Positions 48,592 to 58,252 of a stretch of 64,000 nucleotides of DNA are shown here, in pieces. The stretch lies in assembly GCA_963700285.1 (NCBI GenBank), contig CAVOXA010000014.1, positions 832,001 through 896,000 on the forward strand, given 5' to 3'. Source of the stretch: an uncultured Chloroflexia bacterium. GTDB taxonomy: Bacteria > Chloroflexota > Anaerolineae > JAAYZQ01. A program made the translations under genes and the position numbers. The notes under the pieces are model-generated. The model was not told the origin of the DNA and did not search any database. It worked only from the letters and a program-made list of their open reading frames with translations. The stretch's first letter is position 1. Every line of letters begins with the position of its first letter.

Positions 48592-48960
48592 CTAGCTCTC
48601 TCGCCTTAGCGGCTCAACGTTAAACCCGGGACCGACTGTGACCTCCGTTGGAACAGCTACCTGCAATGGATACGCCCGCCAGAAAAGCTCGGCCGCACAG
48701 GAAAAGATAGCCACGCCAGCCTGGCGGCGATGGCCATTGGTCTGGAGATAGAGCTTGACGATCTCAATATCCTCCTTGATCGCCTCGCGGCAGTCAGGCT
48801 GCGGGCCACACTCATTGAGGCGAACTTGCACTTGCTGTTGAAACTCATCGTAGGCAGATGCACGTCGATGGGGAGTATCCAGGCACAGATAGGCACTCAG
48901 GGTAATGCCTCCATGGCTTTTGAACGACTGCAGCATTTTGAGATCGTTGTCCGGGATCAA
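48592..48960 (-). CDS. Stand-alone eRF1/baeRF-like N-terminal domain protein
   Basis: L..L...LSAYL.LD, D...V..YL, GVAIFS, F.VEPL at end; own promoter TTGACA-18-TATACT (49033-49062) and GGAGG RBS. Confidence 0.6.
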   Translation of the reverse strand: MIPDNDLKMLQSFKSHGGITLSAYLCLDTPHRRASAYDEFQQQVQVRLNECGPQPDCREAIKEDIEIVKLYLQTNGHRRQAGVAIFSCAAELFWRAYPLQVAVPTEVTVGPGFNVEPLRRES

Positions 48961-49193
48961 CCATACCTCCGATGTCTAGAGACCTTGGCTATGGGAGCCT
49001 CAATGCCATAAAACTCATGTAGGTGGAAAGACAGTATAGCACACGCGCCAAGACGATGTCAAATTGATAGCCAACTTTGGCGGGTCAAGGGGGTGAGAAT
49101 TGGTAGCAAGACACCGATCGCGATGGGTCAATCATCGCGGTTCCTCAAGCCACCCTCTGGCCCTGTGACATTGCCCTGGTCCTGACCACAAAC

Positions 49194-50948
49194 CTAGCGA
49201 TCTGTGACGGTGAGAGGCAGGTATGCTTGGAATCTGGTCACATTGAGAAAGACAGCGCTGAGCGCTCCCCAGTGACCATCCGCATCACGGCCCCGCACAT
49301 AGATGATGTGCCGCCCTACGCTCAAGCCGGTCGTATCGACGCCGGCCTCCACCACCTCAATGGTCTCATCGAACGCTCCATCCACAGCAATCATAGACTG
49401 CGTGATGGGTGTGGTAGTCGTGATCCAGGGAGGAGTGTCCACATAGTAGGCGGCCGTGGCGATGCTCTGCATGGGCTCGGACCCGCCAGAATGGTTATAC
49501 CGGGTGTCGTCCATGGTGGCCACCAGTTGTGCGGGGTCACCGGCAGCCACATCGCGCGGCAGGACTGATAATTGCAGTGCATCCGGACCATTGGGAGTAA
49601 CAAAGGGGGTACGAGGCACTTTGGCCGCGTAGAGCAAGGTTCCGAGATTCTCCTGCATGATCTGCTGGAGATCGTTGCAGGGTTGGAAGAAGGTCTCGCC
49701 TAGCTCAAAGGTGAATGCAGGAATGCCCAGCTCTCCATATACCCAATCGGTCGTGTCGCCCGTGGTAGGGTAGAGTTGGGCAGACTGTTCAGGCACATAC
49801 TTGTTCCAGTAAGCGAATTTCCGCCCCAGCGTCTGCATCTGGTTGCCGTTGGGAGCACTTGAGTAGGTCCAACCCCAGGGCCAAAGCACCAGGTTGCCGT
49901 AGGAATGCAGCGAGATCAAGACACCGGTGGTATCGCTGGGTGAGGGAGAGACGTCATCATCAGGGCGCTGGTCAGCAAAGATAGAACGGACCAGGGCGTT
50001 GAGGTGGTAGGTCTCGGGCTCTGATGCCGGACCCGGTCCCTGAAAGGTCTCCGCGCAGGGATCGATACCGGCGCCGCCCCATCGATAGGGGTTGTTGCGG
50101 TTCAGATCCACGCCATAATGGTTGCCGCCCCATCGATCACAGATGCTGCACTGGCCCGCGGTATCGTTGAGATTTTTCCGCTGATAGCACCCGCCCTCCA
50201 CCATTTGCCGTGCATCTGGATTGGCGGTGACGATGATATAGACCTCATGATAGTCCACGATCCAGGTCACGTCAGGATCACTGCCATAGCTCTTTAGCAA
50301 GTGATCCGCAAAGAACATGGCTGTTTCCGGAGTCGTCAATTCGCGGCCATGGATATTGGCCATCAGAAAGAAACGCGGTTTCGGTCGTTTGACCTGGGAG
50401 TTGGTGATTTTTAGGACCCAGAGATCGTACCCCGATAGGCCCTGCGTTTTCCGCCAGCTATCGCCATAGTCCTGCAACTCGGTCAGACCAGGATACGCTG
50501 CGTGAAGCCCCTGGAGTCCCGTGTACAGGGCGTCCACGTCCCGATAGCAGGAGTAGCCCGGCGACCCCAGGATCAACGGCTGCATCTCCTCCGATACCAA
50601 CTCCAGATCGTAACCCAGAGAGCGCAGTTGGACCGTGTCCTGGGCCCCCAGTGCCATGACGGCATAGCCAGACTCAGGTCTGACCTCCCAAATAGCGTGG
50701 TCCACTGCCAGCTCAGCCAGCCGGTCCGGGCTGCCAAAGTATACGAGATAAACGCCGGCCTCGCCTTGACTCACTGGCAGGCTAGAGCCGTTCCAAGACC
50801 CCGCGTGTGCCCCTTCAAACCCGCCCGCAGTCTGTACCAGACCTTCCTCTGGCGGAAAAGGCAGGTGATTGTCGCTGACAATGAGCAGGGGGCTCGTCAG
50901 CAACATGATTCCGAAGAAGAGATTGGCAAAGCCCAACCTGCCCGGCAT
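49194..50948 (-). CDS. Secreted M14 zinc carboxypeptidase (carboxypeptidase T-like)
   Basis: Signal peptide; HGRE, NPD, RKN, GVDLNRN, SEPET, SLHSYG, FTFELG; C-terminal YLPL motif. Confidence 0.9.
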   Translation of the reverse strand: MPGRLGFANLFFGIMLLTSPLLIVSDNHLPFPPEEGLVQTAGGFEGAHAGSWNGSSLPVSQGEAGVYLVYFGSPDRLAELAVDHAIWEVRPESGYAVMALGAQDTVQLRSLGYDLELVSEEMQPLILGSPGYSCYRDVDALYTGLQGLHAAYPGLTELQDYGDSWRKTQGLSGYDLWVLKITNSQVKRPKPRFFLMANIHGRELTTPETAMFFADHLLKSYGSDPDVTWIVDYHEVYIIVTANPDARQMVEGGCYQRKNLNDTAGQCSICDRWGGNHYGVDLNRNNPYRWGGAGIDPCAETFQGPGPASEPETYHLNALVRSIFADQRPDDDVSPSPSDTTGVLISLHSYGNLVLWPWGWTYSSAPNGNQMQTLGRKFAYWNKYVPEQSAQLYPTTGDTTDWVYGELGIPAFTFELGETFFQPCNDLQQIMQENLGTLLYAAKVPRTPFVTPNGPDALQLSVLPRDVAAGDPAQLVATMDDTRYNHSGGSEPMQSIATAAYYVDTPPWITTTTPITQSMIAVDGAFDETIEVVEAGVDTTGLSVGRHIIYVRGRDADGHWGALSAVFLNVTRFQAYLPLTVTDR

Positions 50949-50956
50949 CTCACCCC

Positions 50957-53900
50957 CTATTGGCCCAGCCCCTCCGCCATTGCCTGGAGCACGGCGACCA
51001 GCGTCGTGCGCCAGCGGTCCCCATGGTCCAGCGGCAGCCATACGGCGCGCCGTGCCACGCGGGCCCGATCACCCAGCCTCCGCTGAAGCCAGGAACGGTC
51101 TATGTCCTCCAAGCTGCTGGCCCGGGCCAGAACCTGTTCTTCCTCGACCGTGATCGTCTCGGCTTCTGCAGCCAGAGCATACAGTTTCAGCCTCAACTGG
51201 TAGAACAGATTCTCAGCCTCGTCAGGCAGCGGGCCAAAGCGGTCCAGCAGTTCCAGACGCAGATCATCGATCTCGGACTGACTTGTGAGGCCGGCAAGCC
51301 GGCGGTAGAGTTGAAGACGCAACCCATCGTCGGGCACATAGGCATCGGGTAAACGAGCATCCAAGGGCAGGTTGATCCGTACAGCCCGCTCCAGTGGCAG
51401 AATCAACGCCGCTGCGGCATCTTTTGATAGGCTCGCGGAACGGTCCTGGGTCGCGATCTGCCTCTGCGCCTTGGCTTCCTGGACCGACTGAGCCAGCAGC
51501 CGGGTGTAGAGATCGAAACCGACAACTGCGATGTGGCCATGTTGGCGCGCTCCCAACAGATTGCCTGCACCGCGAATTTCCATATCGCGCATGGCAATGC
51601 GAAAGCCGGCGCCAAGCTCGGTCGCCTCGGCAATGGTCTCCAAACGTTGTTGAGCCTGCTCAGACAGGGAGGCCATCTTGGGATGGAGGAGATAGGCGTA
51701 GGCACGAAGCGCACCACGCCCAACCCGCCCTCGAAGCTGATAGAGCTGTGCAAGCCCAAATCGATCGGCGCGGTTCACGATGAGCGTGTTGGCATTGGGA
51801 ATGTCCAGCCCGCTCTCGATGATGCTGGTGCAGACGAGGACATCCACGTTGCCGGCCGCAAACTCAAGCATAGCCTGTTCCAGATCCCGCTCGGCCATTT
51901 GACCGTGGGCGACGAGGACACTGGCTTCGGGTACGAGTTTGCGCAGCCGTTGGGCCATTTGGTAGATGCCCATGACCCGATTGTGGACAAAGTAAACCTG
52001 CCCGCTCCGGTCCAACTCGCGCAAGATGGACTGGCGGATAAGCATTTCGTCATATTCACCGACATGGGTCCGTACCGGCAATCTCTCCTCAGGCGGCGTA
52101 TCAATGGTACTCATGTCACGCACACCGGTCAGTGACATGTGAAGCGTGCGGGGGATGGGGGTCGCTGTCAAGGTGAGGACATCGACCTCCTGACGCATCT
52201 GCTTGAGCTGCTCTTTGTGGACCACGCCAAATCGTTGCTCTTCGTCGATGATAAGCAGGCCCAGGTCCTTAAACACCACATCCTCGGAGAGAAGGCGATG
52301 AGTACCAATCACAATGTCCACGCCGCCCTCAAAGAGGCCATTCACCACTTCTTTCTGTTTTGCCTTGGTAAGGAACCGGGAGAGCATGCCGACTGTGACG
52401 GGAAAGGGCTTTAGCCGCTGGACAAAGGTCTCATAGTGCTGCTGGGCCAGGACTGTCGTAGGCACCAGCACAGCCACCTGCTTGCCATCCATCACGGCTT
52501 TGAATGCAGCCCGCAATGCCACCTCGGTCTTGCCATAGCCGACGTCACCGCAAACCAGGCGGTCCATGGGGCGAGAACGCTCCATGTCAGCTTTGATGTC
52601 ATCCAGGGCTCGCATTTGGGCATCAGTCTCTATGTAAGGGAATGAAGCCTCCAGTTCCGCTTGCCAGAAGGTATCGGAACTGAAAGCGTGGCCATCCACA
52701 ACCTCGCGAGCCGCATAGAGCGCCAGCAATTCATCAGCAATCTCCTCCACGGCCTTTTTGGCCCTGGCCTTGACACGCTCCCATTCGGCGGTACCCAAAC
52801 GATTGATGTGAGGTACATGCTCACCCACACCCACATACCGGCTCAGCCGATCGGCCTGATAGACAGGCACGTAGAGCTTGTCGCCGGCGGCATAGTCAAC
52901 CAGAAGATACTCTCGTTCGCCTCCGTCAACGCCCATCTTGACCAGACCCTGGAACAGGCCAATGCCATGCTCCACATGGACGACGTATGAGCCAGGTTTC
53001 ACATCGGCAAAGAACGCCTCAGGTGCCACGGGTCGCGAGCGACGGGAGCGCCTGGGAGCGGGCCGAGCCCAACCAAAGACCTCGGCATCGGTCAGCAGCG
53101 ACAAGCTGGAGGCCTGAGGCATGCCGGACGACAGTACCCAGCCTTCCGCCAGCGTGCCCTGAACGAGCGACAGGCTGCGGGGTGGAGGAGCTTTGACAAG
53201 ATGGTTGACGGGCGTCGCTGTGACCTCGCGGTCAGCCAGTAGCTCCGAGATGCGCTGCACCTGCCGGCTGACGAGTACCACCCGTTGGCCAGAATCGCGC
53301 ATCTGCTGGCAGCCATCCAGTACACGCTTCAACTGGCCTCCATACCGCTCGCCATGGCTGAAGGCTTGCGCCAGAGAACCAGGGCCAGGGTGGCCGGGGA
53401 TGCCTCCACGACCCAGGACAAGAGGCTGGCGCGACTGAAGGTTCTCCAGAAGATCATCCCAGAGGAAATAGGGCGTTGCGACGTCAGCAAAGTTGGAGGG
53501 CAGCTCGCCCGCCCTGACGAGGTCGGCCTGGAGCGCCTGAGCCTGGCGATCCAGATCCACCACGGTGGACAGCAACGAACTCCAGTCATCCACAACACAC
53601 AGAGCGCCCGCCGGCAAGTAATCTAGAATGGTCGCTGGTGAAGAGTAAAACATCGAGAGATAGAACTCGATGCCCCGAAAAAAAGTCCCCTGTTCAAGGT
53701 TCACCAGATCCTGCTGGTATTCGCGCCGAGACAACGGGTGACACAGACTGAGGTTCAGATCCCGGGCACGGTGGACAGCAAGCGGTGCAAGACGAGGTAG
53801 AGCCTCAGTGGCGGGTGACAGGGTGAAACGCTCGATCCGTTGCTGCGAGCGCTGCGTGATTGGAGCAAAGAGGCGCAGGCTGTCAATCTCGTCTCCAAAG

Positions 53901-54556
53901 AGTTCAATGCGCACGGGAGACGACATGTTGGGTGAAAAGATGTCAATCAGCCCACCGCGCCGGCTGAACGTACCCGGCTCGTCTACCACGGTCACCGGCC
54001 GGTAGCCGTGCGCCACCCACAGGGCGAGGGTTCGCTCAAGATCAAGCTCCTGCCCGAGCCGATACTCCCGCAGGCCCAGGCGGAATTCACGAACCGGCAA
54101 CGTCTTGTGTACCAGGGCTCGTGCCGAAGCGACGATCAAGGGCGGATCCCCAGATCCGTCAGACTGCCGCCAGCTCATCAATGTGGTCAGCGCCGCTATC
54201 CGGTCACTGACAGTCTCCCGCGACCAGGGGACCCTCTCGTAGGGCAGCGCATCGGGTTCGGGAAAGGCCACGATCGCATCAGAACCGCTCCAGAGGCCCA
54301 ATTGATCTGTCCAGAAGCTGACCCGCTCGGCGCGCGCAGTGAGAAGGATGATGGGACGGTTCAGTTGTCGATACAGACCAGCAAGAAGATATGGACGTGC
54401 TGACGAAATGACGTCCAAGCCCTGTACATGAGGCGGTGGGTCCACCTCCTGGGGGGGGCGCTGCAGGGAGTCGGCCAGCATCCGCTGAAGATTGGCCACC
54501 AGTTGCTGAAAGGCAGGGACATCTTCGATGAGAGGCAAAAGACCAGAGAGGTTCAC
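50957..54556 (-). CDS. mfd: Transcription-repair coupling factor
   Basis: [43 protein letters not shown]. Confidence 0.97.
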   Translation of the reverse strand: MNLSGLLPLIEDVPAFQQLVANLQRMLADSLQRPPQEVDPPPHVQGLDVISSARPYLLAGLYRQLNRPIILLTARAERVSFWTDQLGLWSGSDAIVAFPEPDALPYERVPWSRETVSDRIAALTTLMSWRQSDGSGDPPLIVASARALVHKTLPVREFRLGLREYRLGQELDLERTLALWVAHGYRPVTVVDEPGTFSRRGGLIDIFSPNMSSPVRIELFGDEIDSLRLFAPITQRSQQRIERFTLSPATEALPRLAPLAVHRARDLNLSLCHPLSRREYQQDLVNLEQGTFFRGIEFYLSMFYSSPATILDYLPAGALCVVDDWSSLLSTVVDLDRQAQALQADLVRAGELPSNFADVATPYFLWDDLLENLQSRQPLVLGRGGIPGHPGPGSLAQAFSHGERYGGQLKRVLDGCQQMRDSGQRVVLVSRQVQRISELLADREVTATPVNHLVKAPPPRSLSLVQGTLAEGWVLSSGMPQASSLSLLTDAEVFGWARPAPRRSRRSRPVAPEAFFADVKPGSYVVHVEHGIGLFQGLVKMGVDGGEREYLLVDYAAGDKLYVPVYQADRLSRYVGVGEHVPHINRLGTAEWERVKARAKKAVEEIADELLALYAAREVVDGHAFSSDTFWQAELEASFPYIETDAQMRALDDIKADMERSRPMDRLVCGDVGYGKTEVALRAAFKAVMDGKQVAVLVPTTVLAQQHYETFVQRLKPFPVTVGMLSRFLTKAKQKEVVNGLFEGGVDIVIGTHRLLSEDVVFKDLGLLIIDEEQRFGVVHKEQLKQMRQEVDVLTLTATPIPRTLHMSLTGVRDMSTIDTPPEERLPVRTHVGEYDEMLIRQSILRELDRSGQVYFVHNRVMGIYQMAQRLRKLVPEASVLVAHGQMAERDLEQAMLEFAAGNVDVLVCTSIIESGLDIPNANTLIVNRADRFGLAQLYQLRGRVGRGALRAYAYLLHPKMASLSEQAQQRLETIAEATELGAGFRIAMRDMEIRGAGNLLGARQHGHIAVVGFDLYTRLLAQSVQEAKAQRQIATQDRSASLSKDAAAALILPLERAVRINLPLDARLPDAYVPDDGLRLQLYRRLAGLTSQSEIDDLRLELLDRFGPLPDEAENLFYQLRLKLYALAAEAETITVEEEQVLARASSLEDIDRSWLQRRLGDRARVARRAVWLPLDHGDRWRTTLVAVLQAMAEGLGQ

Positions 54557-55215
54557 GACAATGTCTCCTGATGAGGCTCCCCGGCGCAGGATACCATTCG
54601 GTTGAACCTGTCCATCGCAGCGATGATCCCCTCAGTCAAGGTACACTCAACAGCCGCCACCGCCTGCCGCACAACCTCCGCCACGATAACCTCTTCATCC
54701 TCCGCAAAGGGTTGGAGCACATAGTCTGCCGGATCCATGCGCCCCGAAGGACGGTCTATCCCAATTCGCAGACGGGCAAAGGACTGCGTGCCCAACAAGT
54801 CGATGATCGAGCGCATTCCCTTGTGTCCACCCGAACCTCCTTCGGGACGCAGCCGCAAACGTCCCAGGGGCAGATCCAGGTCATCACACACCACAAGAAT
54901 CTTCTCTGGAGATACCTCAAAGTGGCGGCTCATGCGGCTCACAGCCCTGCCACTCAAATTCATAAAGGTCTGCGGTTTAGCAAGGATCACGTTCTGGCCA
55001 CAGATCTCGCCCTCGGCAATACGTTCCTTGCCCTTGCGCCGTGTGAAAGCAAGCCCATGCTTGCCAGCCAGCGCATCTACAACTCTAAACCCGAGGTTGT
55101 GCCGATGGTCAGCATACTCTGGCCCTGGGTTCCCCAATCCGACCACCAACCTCACGCTGCCGTTTGTATCCCCAGTCGCCGTTTCAGGCTGACCGCACAA
55201 AACTGGCTTGTCCAT
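54553..55215 (-). CDS. pth: Peptidyl-tRNA hydrolase
   Basis: VGLGNPG..Y...HN.GF, KPQTFMNLSG, GGHKG. Confidence 0.95.
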   Translation of the reverse strand: MDKPVLCGQPETATGDTNGSVRLVVGLGNPGPEYADHRHNLGFRVVDALAGKHGLAFTRRKGKERIAEGEICGQNVILAKPQTFMNLSGRAVSRMSRHFEVSPEKILVVCDDLDLPLGRLRLRPEGGSGGHKGMRSIIDLLGTQSFARLRIGIDRPSGRMDPADYVLQPFAEDEEVIVAEVVRQAVAAVECTLTEGIIAAMDRFNRMVSCAGEPHQETLS

Positions 55216-55355
55216 GACTCTCTTGTTCCTGGCAGACGGACTGCACTACATTAACAGTGAGAATCGGTCCGAAAACTCGGCCGGCGGGCTGTGTCAATCT
55301 CAACTACACCCTCGAGGCAGAACTGGAGATGCTCAGAGAGGTACCAAAGCGCAGC

Positions 55356-56102
55356 TCAGTCCTCATAGACTCCCAGGGCCTCTCGACTCCGCCGATAGAA
55401 CCAGCGCACAAAGCTGACCAAGCCTGCTTTGAAGGCGAAAAAGAGCCCTATCCCGGCAAAGATGGCAATGGTAGCCCCTGCTCCCCAACAACCCGCATCG
55501 CCCACATTCTGAAACGGCAGATCGACTCGCTCAGGGGTTGGCAAAGGCGGGGCAGTTGGCAAAGGGGTGGTCGATGGTCTGGGCGTCGGACTGGACAAGA
55601 TCGGCACTCCAATGACGATCGTCAGCGTGGGAGAAGGCGTCTCTGTTGGTGCAGCCAGCGTGGGCGATGTCTCCGGGGTTGGCGTTTCGGTCGGTCTCGA
55701 ATTTGCCAGCTGAATCCCTCGCACAAAGTACTCATCATAGTTGCCATCGGCGCGCACCAACCGCAGGCGCAGACTGTAGAGCCCATCAGGGATGATGGTT
55801 GTATCCCACAGCGCCAGCCGGCCCTGCACGACTGGGACGCTGAAAGGCGAACCGCCCACGGGTGTCCACTGGTCATTGGGATTCGGTTCCGGGCCATAGT
55901 GTAGCTCGTATTTCTGGAATTGTGGATGGGTAGCGCTGCCTTCAAGGGGAACCAACCCCCGGACCGTAGCGCGGTCGCGGGGTGACGATATTTGGCCCAA
56001 CGCCTGAGCTGGTGGCATGGGCAGTGGCGCCGCCACGATGCGAACCAGTGGGGCTACCACGATAAGCAGAACCAGAAGCGTGACGGTCACGAGCCTATGC
56101 AT
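55356..56102 (-). CDS. Surface protein: signal/TM, Ig-like beta domain, Pro/Thr linker, C-terminal TM
   Basis: ISSP..G.V...GSA...WDTT..PDG.Y.LRL; TPTP repeats; promoter TTGTCA-17-TACACT at 56137-56165. Confidence 0.7.
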   Translation of the reverse strand: MHRLVTVTLLVLLIVVAPLVRIVAAPLPMPPAQALGQISSPRDRATVRGLVPLEGSATHPQFQKYELHYGPEPNPNDQWTPVGGSPFSVPVVQGRLALWDTTIIPDGLYSLRLRLVRADGNYDEYFVRGIQLANSRPTETPTPETSPTLAAPTETPSPTLTIVIGVPILSSPTPRPSTTPLPTAPPLPTPERVDLPFQNVGDAGCWGAGATIAIFAGIGLFFAFKAGLVSFVRWFYRRSREALGVYED

Positions 56103-56231
56103 CAAACCTGTTCTCCGCGTCCGAGACAATCATAAAAGTGTAGCATAGAACAAAAAAGATGACAAAACCGGCGGTATGGCAGGAACAAGTACGGCCGGTA
56201 GGAAAAGAGCAGCACGCCAGTCTGACTCTGA

Positions 56232-57152
56232 TTACACGTCAAAAAGCCCCTCAACACTGAGATAGCCCTGGCCGGCGTCGGCAAAGATGATGACAATGGT
56301 CTTGCCTGCGTTCTCCGTGCGACGGGCAAGTTCCAGAGCGACGCTAGCCGACGCCCCCGAGGTGATGCCCACCAGTATTCCCTCCTTGGCCGCGATCTCG
56401 CGGCAAGCGGCAAACGCATCCCCCACCCGAACAGTGACAATGTCGTCCATGAGATCCCTATCAAAGAGCTCCGGTACGAACCCTGGGCCAATGCCCAACA
56501 GCCTGTGCGGCTGAAACTCTCCTTGGGACAAAAGCGCGGCACCCTCCGGCTCAAAGCCGATGCATTGCAGCGATGGCTTGCGGGCTTTGAGCGCGCTGGC
56601 TACACCGGTCATGGTACCGCAGGACCCCAGGCCATGGATAAAGATGTCTACCCCTCCCCCGGTATCTCGCCAGATTTCCTCGGCCGTGGTTTCGCGGTGG
56701 CTCTGGGCGTTGACCGGATTGTGGTGCTGCTCGAGGTAAAAGGAATTGGGCAGGCCGGAGGCCAGTTCCTGGGCCCTTTCGCGCGAGCCCCGAATGCCTT
56801 GCTCGGCCGGTGTGAGGATCAGTTCAGCACCCAGCGCACGCAGCAGCTGCTTGTGCTCATCACTCATCAACTCTGACATGCAGATGACGACGTGGTAGCC
56901 TTTAAGCCGGCCGATAAACGTCATCGCAACACCCGCATTGCCACTGCTGGCTTCGACGATCGTACCCCCCGGACGCAACTTCCCCGAGCGCTCGGCCTCC
57001 TCAATCATGTAGAGAGCCGGCCGGTCCTTCAGGCTGTAAGGATTGAAGGTCTCAAGTTTGGCCAGGATCTGGACATCCAGACCAGCGGCCAGACGGTTAA
57101 GCCGCAGCATCGGCGTCTGGCCGATCAGTTCGCAGAGATTCTCATAGATCAT
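56232..57152 (-). CDS. PLP-dependent cysteine synthase family protein (divergent)
   Basis: IGQTP, AKLE..NP.S.KDR, SSGN.G, T.EEI, EGILVG.TSGA. Confidence 0.85.
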   Translation of the reverse strand: MIYENLCELIGQTPMLRLNRLAAGLDVQILAKLETFNPYSLKDRPALYMIEEAERSGKLRPGGTIVEASSGNAGVAMTFIGRLKGYHVVICMSELMSDEHKQLLRALGAELILTPAEQGIRGSRERAQELASGLPNSFYLEQHHNPVNAQSHRETTAEEIWRDTGGGVDIFIHGLGSCGTMTGVASALKARKPSLQCIGFEPEGAALLSQGEFQPHRLLGIGPGFVPELFDRDLMDDIVTVRVGDAFAACREIAAKEGILVGITSGASASVALELARRTENAGKTIVIIFADAGQGYLSVEGLFDV

Positions 57153-57165
57153 CAAGTCCTCCAAC

Positions 57166-57774
57166 TCACGAGATTAGGTCTGCACAAAGCTTGATTGCGA
57201 AGCCAATCAGGAAGACCCCTACGACCCGATTGAGCCACACCGAAAGCTGGTCTGAAAGCACATGCTCTAGCGAATGGCCAACCAGGGCCACGACAGTTAA
57301 GAAGAGAAACGTCGCCATAACACAGCCAAGAGCAAAAAGAGCAAGCCCGTCATCCCCACCCGACTCCCTAGTGGAGATCATCGCGCCCAACACACCGGCC
57401 CAGAAGAGAATGGTCAAGGGATTCGTAAGAGTCAGCCCCACGCCGTAGGCAAAACTCTTGACGGGCGATTCATCCTGGCGCTCAACCTGGACCGCATGCA
57501 CCGGCGTACGCAGGTATCGCAGGCCAAAATAGAATAGTAGCAGCGCCCCGGCCAGACCGACGGCATTCCGGGCAGGACCGATCTGCAGAATGGCCGAGAT
57601 GCCAACGAGGGACAGCAAGATGTAAAAAGCGTCCGCCAGAACGACACCCCACACCATCGAGAAAGCATGGCTGAACCCTTGCGTTAGCCCCTTGTGCAGC
57701 ACCGCGATACATACTGGACCGACAGAAACCTGCAGAATCAGACCAAAGCCCAGGCCTTGCCACAGATCGCTCAA
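57166..57774 (-). CDS. LysE/RhtB amino-acid exporter
   Basis: SVGPV, G...AD, LTLTNP.TILFW; ~6 TMs. Confidence 0.85.
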   Translation of the reverse strand: MSDLWQGLGFGLILQVSVGPVCIAVLHKGLTQGFSHAFSMVWGVVLADAFYILLSLVGISAILQIGPARNAVGLAGALLLFYFGLRYLRTPVHAVQVERQDESPVKSFAYGVGLTLTNPLTILFWAGVLGAMISTRESGGDDGLALFALGCVMATFLFLTVVALVGHSLEHVLSDQLSVWLNRVVGVFLIGFAIKLCADLIS

Positions 57775-58013
57775 CGTGCAGCCTTTGTGACCATGTCCAT
57801 CAGCCGGCGAGCATCTATGTCGTAAGGCTGCCCGGTCAAGCCCCCACAACTGTGGCGGCCTTTGCCACAACAAAGATCCAGCACGGAAGCCCCGCGACTG
57901 ATCCCCAAAAGCGCGGTGAGCGAATCAACCTCCTCCGGAGCGACCTCCCGGTGATGCTGGCTGAAAATCGGCATCGTCTCCCAGAAGCGGTCTTGCTCGT
58001 GCCACGCTGCCAT
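57771..58013 (-). pseudogene. Class I SAM methyltransferase remnant with in-frame internal deletion (80 aa)
   Basis: VLDLCCGKGRHS (motif I) joined directly to C-terminal-like GGL.G.PYD..ARRL...K. Confidence 0.7.
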
Positions 58014-58063
58014 CCTGACTGCCTCCTGCTCCAAAGTTGAACCCACGGACTGCAGAGGCACAG

Positions 58064-58175
58064 AGTATAGCATGGTCTTTGAAGAGTCGCAAGCCACAAT
58101 CCCAGCCCCACGGCCCGTCAATCCAACAATCAGGGATCCGGCTCGATTGACAGCCTGCAGGTTGTGCGGTATAGT
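58064..58175. promoter_or_regulatory. Divergent sigma70 promoters (MTase-lysE-cysK operon; dihydropyrimidinase)
   Basis: (-) TTGCGA-17-TATACT at 58064-58092; (+) TTGACA-17-TATAGT at 58147-58175. Confidence 0.7.
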
Positions 58176-58252
58176 ACCAGGGTCCTCTGCGGTTGCCATC
58201 AGCCAGAGGACATCTGGGATTCCGACTGAAAACTGGACGAGGGGGAGGAGTC

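Noticed and set aside
54451-54458. G8 tract near the 5' end of mfd as a phase-variation site
   Set aside because: The gene is in frame and housekeeping; there is no evidence of slippage
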